DNA of 32,924 bases from Elusimicrobiota bacterium (GTDB lineage Bacteria > Elusimicrobiota > Elusimicrobia > Elusimicrobiales > UBA9959): assembly GCA_022703115.1 (NCBI GenBank), contig JAKLEK010000002.1:1-32924 (forward strand), read 5' to 3'. The notes under the pieces are model-generated. The model was given only the letters and a program-made list of their open reading frames with translations, was not told the origin of the DNA and did not search any database. Shown piece after piece: positions 8,274 through 14,340 of the stretch. The position numbers and the translations under genes are program-made. Position 1 is the first letter of the stretch; each line of letters begins with the position of its first letter.

Positions 8274-9352
8274 TAGATCTTGTAACAGTCCTGAAAACGG
8301 CCGTAGGCGCTGGAGCCAGCGATATCCACATCTGCGTCAATAAGCCCCCTATGATGAGGAAGAACGGCGAGGTGGTCCCGGTATCGCCCACGATGACGCC
8401 GCTGAGCGCGGAAGAGACCAAGGCGATCATCTATTCCGCCCTTTACGACGAGCAGCGCGCCAAGTTCGAGGCCAACTGGGAGCTGGACTGTTCTTTCGCC
8501 ATCAGCGGGGTGTCGCGGTTCAGGCTGAACGTGCTCGTGGCACGCAACGGCGTGGAAGCCGTGCTGCGCGTGATCCCTTCCGTGATCCCGACCCCGGAGC
8601 AGCTCGGCCTCAGTCCCGCGATAGTCAACCTTTCCACGCTGCACAAGGGGCTGGTGCTCGTGACCGGTCCGACCGGCTCCGGCAAATCCACCACCCTCGC
8701 GGCGATCCTGGACCTTATAAACGCCAACAAGCGCGGGCACATGCTGACCATAGAGGACCCCATAGAGTTCACGTACGAACCGAAGAACTGCATAATCAGG
8801 CAGCGCGAAATAGGACAGCACACCAAATCCTTCAATAACGCGCTGCGGGCCGCCCTCCGCGAGGACCCCAATATCATCCTGGTCGGAGAAATGCGCGATC
8901 TGGAGACCATACAGCTCACCATAACCGCCGCGGAAACCGGCCACCTTTCATTCGCCACCCTGCACACCCAGGACGCTCCCTCCACGGTGGACCGCATCAT
9001 AGACGTCTTTCCTCCGCACCAGCAGACGCAGGTGCGGGTTCAGCTGGCCAGTTCCCTGCAGGCCGTAGTTTCGCAGATCCTGCTGCCCCGCAAGGACGGG
9101 AAGGGCCGCGTGGCCGCGCGGGAGGTCATGATAATGACCCCGGCCATTTCGAACCTCATCCGTGAAGGGAAGACCCACATGCTCTATTCGGCCATAGAGA
9201 CCGGCTCCAAGGTCGGGATGATGCCGATGGATAAGGCGCTGGTGAACCTGGTGCAGCAGAACCTGGTGGCTTACGATGTGGCGCTCTCCAAAGCGCATGA
9301 CCGGGAGTCTTTCAAGACGCTCTGCGGCCGGCAGGGGGCCACCGCCGCCTGA
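8270..9352 (+). CDS. pilT: Type IV pilus retraction ATPase PilT
   Basis: The 360-aa ORF has ASDIHICVNKPPMMRKNG, the Walker A motif GPTGSGKSTTLAA and the PilT signature AISNLIREGKTHMLYSAIETG. Its start forms an ATGA overlap with the upstream gene. Confidence 0.9.
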   Translation: MIDLVTVLKTAVGAGASDIHICVNKPPMMRKNGEVVPVSPTMTPLSAEETKAIIYSALYDEQRAKFEANWELDCSFAISGVSRFRLNVLVARNGVEAVLRVIPSVIPTPEQLGLSPAIVNLSTLHKGLVLVTGPTGSGKSTTLAAILDLINANKRGHMLTIEDPIEFTYEPKNCIIRQREIGQHTKSFNNALRAALREDPNIILVGEMRDLETIQLTITAAETGHLSFATLHTQDAPSTVDRIIDVFPPHQQTQVRVQLASSLQAVVSQILLPRKDGKGRVAAREVMIMTPAISNLIREGKTHMLYSAIETGSKVGMMPMDKALVNLVQQNLVAYDVALSKAHDRESFKTLCGRQGATAA

Positions 9353-9395
9353 GTCCGAATGAGAACGGTGCGGCGCGCGGCATGAGAGGTTGATT

Positions 9396-10286
9396 ATGGA
9401 AAAAGAGATCGAAGCCCTGAGGAAGGTCCCGCTATTCGCTGATTTTCCGGACCCGGCGTTGAAAAAATTCTCGGAGACGTTCAAAAGGTCCTCCTATGAG
9501 GCCGGCGGGATAATTTTCAAGGAAGGCAGCGAGGGCGACACCCTTTTCATCCTCGTGAGCGGACGGGTGATAATAGAGAAGAAGCTGGACCGGGACGGCG
9601 GCAGCTTCAAGCCGCTGGCGGTCCTTTCCGCCGGCGAGTTCTTCGGGGAGATGTCGGTGCTGGAGAAGCAGGTGCGTTTCGCCCAGGCCAGGGCCGAGGA
9701 AGCCTCATCCCTGTACGAGATAGGGCGCGAGGAGTTCTTCGCTTTCATCAGGAACAATCCGGAGAACGGCATAGCTATCTTTACGGAGATAGTCCGCGTT
9801 ATAGCCAGGCGCCTCCAGCATACTTCCAGCGAGCTCACGATGCTCTTCGATATGAGCCGCCTGATAATGCGGGAACACCGTTCCGCGGCGGATTTTATCA
9901 GGCTGACCGTTGAAGAGGTGTCCATCTACTTCGATGGGGCCTGGAATTTCCGCGGTTACGTTTATGATCCTTTTAACGAAGAATTCGAGCAGGTGGTCTC
10001 CAAAGAGGCTTTCGCGGACGGAGGAGCGGGGACCGGCGAGGCGCCGGGAGCCGACAGCGGCTGGATAGGCGCTTCCTCGTACCGTATGGTCTGCCGCGCG
10101 CACGGCAAGCCGGCCGGCTATGTCGTGTTCTCCAAGGCCTCGGCGGTCTCCGAGCAGGAGAGGAACAGTCTGACCACGATCTTCGACACGGTTTCATGCA
10201 TCATGGGTTCCGCGATCGAGAACATAGAGCACAGGACCGAAGCGGCGATGCTGGAAAAACTAAAGACGCAGAAGAGCTCAATATGA
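9396..10286 (+). CDS. Cyclic-nucleotide-binding domain protein with an uncharacterised (GAF-like?) C-terminal half and no HTH
   Basis: The cNMP-binding fold is indicated by LRKVPLFADFPDPALKKF...FKEGSEGDTLFILVSGRV...GEFFGEMSVLE...RFAQARA. I prefer the ATG at 9396, which has a GAGAGG RBS 6 nt upstream, over the TTG at 9390. The stop overlaps the rsfS start (ATGA at 10283-10286). Confidence 0.7.
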   Translation: MEKEIEALRKVPLFADFPDPALKKFSETFKRSSYEAGGIIFKEGSEGDTLFILVSGRVIIEKKLDRDGGSFKPLAVLSAGEFFGEMSVLEKQVRFAQARAEEASSLYEIGREEFFAFIRNNPENGIAIFTEIVRVIARRLQHTSSELTMLFDMSRLIMREHRSAADFIRLTVEEVSIYFDGAWNFRGYVYDPFNEEFEQVVSKEAFADGGAGTGEAPGADSGWIGASSYRMVCRAHGKPAGYVVFSKASAVSEQERNSLTTIFDTVSCIMGSAIENIEHRTEAAMLEKLKTQKSSI

Positions 10287-10810
10287 ACGACAACATCGGA
10301 CCATCGTCGGACAGGAACGCGGGGGCGGACTTCAGGGCCATGGCCATAACCGCCGCCAGGCTGGCCGACGCAAAGAAAGCGGAGGATATCCGCATTTACG
10401 ACGCGGGGAAGCGCTCGCCGCTGACCGATTTTCTGCTTGTGGCGACCGTGGATAATCCGGCCCAGCTGGAAGCCGTGGAAGAGGAGATCTCCGTTGCTTT
10501 CAAGAAGGACGGCTTCTACGCCGGCCACAGGGACGGGGGCCAGTCCAGGCACTGGCGCGTCCTGGATTACGGCGGTCTCATCGTGCACCTTTTCGAAAAA
10601 GCCGCCCGGGAAAGTTTTTCGTTCGACTCCATATACTCGGACTACCCGACGGTGAAATGGCAGGCGAGGCCCGCCCGGTCCGGCAACACGGGGAAAAAGG
10701 TCCGGCGTCCGGCCGCGGCGCGCAAGCCGGCCGCCCGAAAGCCCGCCGTACGCAAACCCGCCGCGCGGAAGAAGGCCGTTAAGAGATCCCCGAGGTCCGC
10801 CAGGAAATGA
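10283..10810 (+). CDS. rsfS: Ribosomal silencing factor RsfS (Iojap family) with a 48-aa Lys/Arg/Pro/Ala repeat tail
   Basis: The ORF track frame is 10196-10810 and I place the start at the ATG at 10283. The core AITAARLADAKKAEDIRIYDAGKRSPLTDFLLVATVDNPAQLEAVEEEI...WRVLDYGGLIVHLFEKAARESFSFDSIY is typical RsfS. The tail is RRPAAARKPAARKPAVRKPAARKKAVKRSPRSARK. Confidence 0.85.
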   Translation: MNDNIGPSSDRNAGADFRAMAITAARLADAKKAEDIRIYDAGKRSPLTDFLLVATVDNPAQLEAVEEEISVAFKKDGFYAGHRDGGQSRHWRVLDYGGLIVHLFEKAARESFSFDSIYSDYPTVKWQARPARSGNTGKKVRRPAAARKPAARKPAVRKPAARKKAVKRSPRSARK

Positions 10811-12417
10811 AAATATCCGAGATGGAGACCGTTCTGCGGTCCGGCGCGCGTTCGGTCTTCGGACTGGACGAAGCCGGGGCCCGGAACCTGACGCTCGCCT
10901 CTCCCCCGGCCCACATAAAGGCCGACCTTTCCCTGTCCTGGCCGATCGCGGCCGCGAAGCAGCTGAAAAAGAAGCCGCTCGAGATAGCGGAAGGGCTGAA
11001 GGCCGCCGTGTCCGAGCGTTATGAAGCGGCCGTCCTCCCGCCCGGTTTCCTTAATTTCCGTCTCAGGGACGGGGACCTGATAGAGGCGGTCCGGCGGATC
11101 TGCTCGGACCCGGCGTATTTCTCCGACCCGGCCCGCTCTGCGGAAAAGGTGAACGTGGAGTTCGTCTCCGCGAACCCCACCGGCCCTATGCACCTGGCCT
11201 CCGGCCGTGGCGCCACCCTCGGGGACTCGCTGGCCCGCATCATGGCTTTCCTGGGCTGCAGGGTGGAAAAGGAATTCTACGTCAACAACATGGGCCGGCA
11301 GGTGGAACTGCTGGGCCTGTCGCTCAAGGCCAGGCTCCGGGGCGAAGAGCCGCCGGAGGGCGGGTACAAGGGAGCCTATCTGAAGGATATCGCGGCCCGT
11401 CTCCCGGCCGACGCGGCGGACTGGCCGGATGGAAGGTTCTCGGAGTTCGCGCTCGGTGAGATCCTGGCCCTCCATAAGGCGGATATGAAGGCTTTCGGCG
11501 TCGAGTTCGACAGGTGGTTCCTGGAGTCGGAACTGCACGCGGCCGGGGCTCCGGAGCGGGCGAAAGCCGAGCTGGCGGGCCGGGGTATGACCTACGAGAA
11601 GGACGGCGCGGTATGGCTCGGCACATCGTCGGGCATGGATTCGGACGACAAAGACCGGGTGCTGGTGAAATCCGACGGACGGAACACGTATTTCCTTAAC
11701 GATATCGCCTATCACCGGGACAAGTTCGGCCGCGGGTTCACGAAGGTGATAGACATCTGGGGCGCGGACCATCACGGCTACGTGCCGCGCATGGAGGCCG
11801 CCGTATCGGCGCTGGGTTACGGCAAGGACGCTTTTAAGGTCGTGATACACCAGATGGTGGCCCTGAAGCGCGGGACCGAACTGGTGAAGATGTCGAAACG
11901 CGAAGGTGATTTCGTTTCTCTCAAGGAACTGATAGATGAGGTCGGAACGGACGCGTGCCGGTTCTTTTTCGCGATGCATAGTCCGAATTCGCACATGACG
12001 TTCGATATCGATCTCGCCAAGAAACGGACGAACGACAACCCGGTGTTCTACGTCCAGTACGTGCACGCCCGCATCTGCTCCATCTTCAATAACGCGCTTG
12101 AGAAGGGCGTCGACCCGGCGCGCGGTTTCGACGCCGCGAAGCTGGTCCTGAACGAAGAGGAGAGGGGGCTGGCCCTGAAGATGATGATGATGGGCAAGGT
12201 GCTGGAAGCCTGTCTGCGGGATTGGTCTCCGCATCAGCTTACGACGTATCTCAGCGAGCTATCCGCCTTGTTCCATTCCTTTTACGACAAGCACAAGGTT
12301 CTGGACCCATCCGCTCCGGAGGCCTCGGCCTTCCGGCTGTTCCTTCTGAAGGGCGTCAAGAACGTGATCGCTTCGGGTCTCGGCCTGTTGGGCGTCAGCG
12401 CTCCCGAAAAGATGTGA
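10807..12417 (+). CDS. argS: Arginine--tRNA ligase
   Basis: The 536-aa ORF has the class I motif region SANPTGPMHLASGRGATLGD, the KMSKREG motif and a C-terminal anticodon-binding (DALR-type) region. Its start forms an ATGA overlap with rsfS. Confidence 0.93.
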   Translation: MKISEMETVLRSGARSVFGLDEAGARNLTLASPPAHIKADLSLSWPIAAAKQLKKKPLEIAEGLKAAVSERYEAAVLPPGFLNFRLRDGDLIEAVRRICSDPAYFSDPARSAEKVNVEFVSANPTGPMHLASGRGATLGDSLARIMAFLGCRVEKEFYVNNMGRQVELLGLSLKARLRGEEPPEGGYKGAYLKDIAARLPADAADWPDGRFSEFALGEILALHKADMKAFGVEFDRWFLESELHAAGAPERAKAELAGRGMTYEKDGAVWLGTSSGMDSDDKDRVLVKSDGRNTYFLNDIAYHRDKFGRGFTKVIDIWGADHHGYVPRMEAAVSALGYGKDAFKVVIHQMVALKRGTELVKMSKREGDFVSLKELIDEVGTDACRFFFAMHSPNSHMTFDIDLAKKRTNDNPVFYVQYVHARICSIFNNALEKGVDPARGFDAAKLVLNEEERGLALKMMMMGKVLEACLRDWSPHQLTTYLSELSALFHSFYDKHKVLDPSAPEASAFRLFLLKGVKNVIASGLGLLGVSAPEKM

Positions 12418-12895
12418 TCCTTCTTTTTTCCGCCAGCAGGAACAGAAGGTCTGAAAGCCGGTTGAGATACTTCGCGGCGTGCCGTCGGTCTATCCTCCAC
12501 AAAGCCAGTTCGCAGAGGCGGGCGCGGGTCCTTGCGATGTGAAGCAGGGCTCCCGCGCGGGTGCGTCCGGGGACCGAGAACCCGGCCGGTACCCCTCCTT
12601 TTGAAAGGGCCGCTATCCGCGTCGTAAGTTCCGCGGTGGATCTTTCCAGTTCTTTTCCCCCGCGCGCGCCGGCGGCATGGGCGGCTGCCGTGAAGAGGTC
12701 GCGCTGTATGCGGCGCAGTTCCGCGCGTTCTTTCCCGGTAAGGACGGCGGCGGCGAGGCCTAAGTGGGAGTTAAGGTCGTCCAGAAGGGCGAGAGCCGTT
12801 ATTACGGGGTCGGTCTTTTTCACGCGTTTTCCGCCCGGCAGGCCGGTCACGCCCCCGTCCCCCGCCCCGATATCAGGTTTGAAGCCGCTGGCCAT
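12395..12895 (-). CDS. PduO-type ATP:cob(I)alamin adenosyltransferase
   Basis: The ORF track frame is 12395-13495, and I use the in-frame ATG at 12893-12895 (MASGFKPDIGAGDGGVTGLPGGKRVKKTDPVITALALLDDLNSHLGLA...LNRLSDLLFLLAE). This matches the Cob_adeno_trans pattern (GDxGxTxLxGGxRVxK, DELNSxIG, LNRLSDxLF). Its 3' end overlaps argS convergently by 23 nt. Confidence 0.75.
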   Translation of the reverse strand: MASGFKPDIGAGDGGVTGLPGGKRVKKTDPVITALALLDDLNSHLGLAAAVLTGKERAELRRIQRDLFTAAAHAAGARGGKELERSTAELTTRIAALSKGGVPAGFSVPGRTRAGALLHIARTRARLCELALWRIDRRHAAKYLNRLSDLLFLLAEKRRITSFRER

Positions 12896-12897
12896 GT

Positions 12898-13263
12898 TCA
12901 CCGTCCGTATTGCCGCACTTTTGCGAGGATCGGGCCTATGATCTCCGGCGGCAGGGCGGCGCCGGCGCGTTCCAGCTCGTCCCCGACCCCGGCGGCGTTG
13001 AAGGAGCCGTCGGTTACGAGGATGGGGGATGATTTGTGGAGGCCGGGCCGGTCCTCCCCCCCGTCTATCCCGTCGTGCCGGTAGCCTTTGTCCCGGAGCC
13101 AGGTAAGGGCGCGGGGCTTGGACTTCAGGTCGTAGCAGAGCTGGAAGCCGTACATTCCCCCGGAAGGATCGAACCACACAATAAGATCGAAGCGCTCGTC
13201 GCTGAACCATCTCCGCGGCGGATCGCCCGGTATCTGTCTTACGTCCTTCATTTCGCGAAGCAT
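12898..13263 (-). CDS. Hypothetical small protein (121 aa) coupled to the adenosyltransferase gene
   Basis: The ORF track frame is 12898-13497. I place the start at the ATG at 13261-13263 (MLREMKDVRQIPGDPPRRWFSDERFDLIVWFDPSGGMYGFQLCYD...), which has a GGAGAGG RBS 4 nt upstream. Its stop lies 2 nt before the downstream ATG. I did not recognise a family. Confidence 0.55.
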   Translation of the reverse strand: MLREMKDVRQIPGDPPRRWFSDERFDLIVWFDPSGGMYGFQLCYDLKSKPRALTWLRDKGYRHDGIDGGEDRPGLHKSSPILVTDGSFNAAGVGDELERAGAALPPEIIGPILAKVRQYGR

Positions 13264-13399
13264 GACCTCTCCCCCGCCCGGTTCGGCCGGTGCGGGTATA
13301 GTGTATTTTAATAGCGGCCGTCGCACAAGCCCCGCTCCCCCTTTGGTTCGCCGGGCTGCCAGAAGAAGGATAGAGAGTCCGCGGCCACCGGAGGGAGCC

Positions 13400-13590
13400 T
13401 TCTGTCTGCCGGGGTTCTGTCGACCCTCGGCTGGTAATCCCGGGTACGCTGGGCTGCCGGGGGACACAGGGGTCGAAGGGCACGCTATCGGCCACACCGT
13501 GGCCGCGCTCCCACTCGGCCTCGCCGCTTACGTAAGGCTCGGCCTGCGTGACGGCCCTTTGACCCCTGTGTCCCCCGTCAACCGCTCCAA
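13400..13590 (-). ncRNA. Candidate structured RNA, copy A' (inverted paralog of copies A and B; 3' boundary uncertain)
   Basis: On the minus strand it begins TTGGAGCGG (reverse complement of 13582-13590). A 23-bp helix pairs 13459-13481 with 13554-13576, with one G-T/A-C position. Then comes CCGTCACGCAGGCCGAGCCTTACGTAAGCGGCGAGGCC, which aligns with copy B (CCGTCACGGAGGCCCGAACTTGCGTAAGCGAGAGGGCC). A hairpin GGCCAC-GGT-GTGGCC sits at 13490-13504. The strand is assigned only by homology orientation, because the helices would form on either strand. Confidence 0.4.
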
Positions 13591-13638
13591 CGGAGTAGCA
13601 CTATATTCCGTTCTGCTCTAGTTAAGGATGTTCCTTAT

Positions 13639-13885
13639 TTGGAGCGGGAGGCAGGGGAACCGGAAAAGCGGAAGCGTCCGGAGGCCGAGGCTTACGTAAG
13701 CGACGAGGACCGGGTGGACTACGCTATCCTGTTGTGTGTTCGTGGACACAACTTGGAACGCAGGCGCGCGTACGGTGTACGCGACGCCGGTTCCGCGTTC
13801 CGGGCCCCTGACAGGCCCCGCGCACCCAATTCGCGGCTGACCGTTAAACTCCAGCCAGGACCCCGAACCCGGGGGGCGTCAGGGC
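13639..13885 (+). ncRNA. Candidate structured RNA, copy A
   Basis: Five nested Watson-Crick helices join the 5' and 3' parts: 13644-48/13817-21, 13652-57/13805-10, 13660-65/13798-803, 13668-73/13791-96 and 13678-81/13787-90. All five are mirrored by different but complementary sequences in copy B. The 43-nt core at 13711-13753 is 40/43 identical to B. The palindrome CTTACGTAAG is at 13691-13700. A strong promoter for the next gene lies downstream of the element, so it is not simply the nifU-like leader. Confidence 0.5.
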
Positions 13886-13929
13886 GGCGGGCGGAGCGCA
13901 GGCTTTTGAGGAAGGGCAAATGGGGTTCG

Positions 13930-13938
13930 TGGTATAAT
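13930..13938 (+). promoter_or_regulatory. Extended -10 promoter element (TGgTATAAT) for the NifU-like gene
   Basis: A perfect TATAAT sits at 13933-13938, preceded by TG at 13930-13931. It lies 85 nt upstream of the ATG at 14023, in an otherwise GC-rich spacer. Confidence 0.5.
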
Positions 13939-14022
13939 TATAACGTACCGCGCGGACACGCCGGCAGCACGGCCGGGCGCCGCCTTTCTGGCGGGGCACG
14001 TCGGCGGTCTAACGGAGCCACA

Positions 14023-14247
14023 ATGAAAGACAAAGTTCAGAAGACCATTGAAAAGATAAAGCCCATGCTCGAGGCGGACGGCGGGTCGGTAGAGCTGATA
14101 AGCGTCGACGAAAAGAGCGGGATCGTGAAAGTGCGCCTTACCGGCGCCTGCGGCTGCTGCCCGCACGCCACCATGACGCTTAAGAACGTCGTGGAACGCA
14201 TGATAAAGGAAGAAGTCCCCGAGGTCAAGGAAGTTACCGTCGGCTGA
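14023..14247 (+). CDS. NifU C-terminal-domain (Nfu-like) Fe-S cluster scaffold protein, 74 aa
   Basis: MKDKVQKTIEKIKPMLEADGGSVELISVDEKSGIVKVRLTGACGCCPHATMTLKNVVERMIKEEVPEV contains the CxxC motif of the NifU C-terminal domain. A GGAG RBS precedes the ATG at 14023. The longer 202-aa ORF in the track is rejected. Confidence 0.85.
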   Translation: MKDKVQKTIEKIKPMLEADGGSVELISVDEKSGIVKVRLTGACGCCPHATMTLKNVVERMIKEEVPEVKEVTVG

Positions 14248-14340
14248 CGGCTGGCCGCCGGCGGCTCCGGGCTCTCCTTCCGAAGGACCGGGGGCCGTCC
14301 CCCGGGCCGGCGCAAAGCCCGTCAGGGACGTACCGCGTCC

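Noticed and set aside
10642-12234. A 530-aa minus-strand ORF antisense to argS.
   Set aside because: It is a shadow ORF opposite a well-supported aminoacyl-tRNA synthetase gene, with a low-complexity Arg/Pro/Gly-rich product.
12896-13497. Long upstream extensions of the adenosyltransferase ORF (to 13495) and of the hypothetical ORF (to 13497).
   Set aside because: The extensions are Arg/Pro/Gly low-complexity and cross the A' hairpin. The internal ATGs at 12895 and 13263 give sensible N-termini with tight coupling and an RBS.
13459-13576. A tmRNA or tRNA-like gene, suggested by the GGGGGAC...GGGGTCGAAGGG start and the GTCCCCC end.
   Set aside because: The complementarity is a continuous 23-bp helix, not a 7-bp acceptor stem. 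I found no T-arm GGTTCGAATCC-type loop, no CCA-proximal discriminator context, and no tag ORF ending in a stop.
13290-13640. RNase P RNA or a cobalamin riboswitch upstream of the adenosyltransferase operon. The cues were GACAGAACCCCGGC on the minus strand, and AGAGTCCGCGG and GGTAATCCCGGG on the plus strand.
   Set aside because: The universal RNase P blocks (GAGGAAAGTCCGGGC, AGCAAGGCCAAATAGGGG) and the cobalamin core (GCCACTG, the B12-box AGYCMGGAGACCKGCC) are absent on either strand. The partial matches sit on opposite strands. This should still be tested with cmscan.
13731-13752. A hairpin GTTGTGT-8 nt-ACACAAC inside the conserved 43-nt core of copy A.
   Set aside because: The two substitutions in copy B (T to C at the third stem position, A to G opposite) are not compensatory. 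They create a C-A mismatch and a U-G pair, so the comparison does not support the hairpin. The core may be single-stranded.
13805-13870. Resemblance of CCCCGCGCACCC / CCCCGAACCC plus CGTAAGCG to the 3' conserved block of the ydaO (c-di-AMP) riboswitch.
   Set aside because: In ydaO the blocks are contiguous and lie at the 3' end, with the matching CGCTTA at the 5' end. Here the order is different and the CGTAAGCG block lies in a 5' loop. The elements are not collinear, so the match is probably coincidence in GC-rich sequence.
13639-14022. The 202-aa ORF (13639-14247) that would add 128 residues in front of the NifU-like domain.
   Set aside because: The extension runs through structured copy A. 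Comparison with copy B shows a 1-nt indel between conserved blocks, so no frame is conserved. An extended -10 promoter and a GGAG RBS precede the ATG at 14023.
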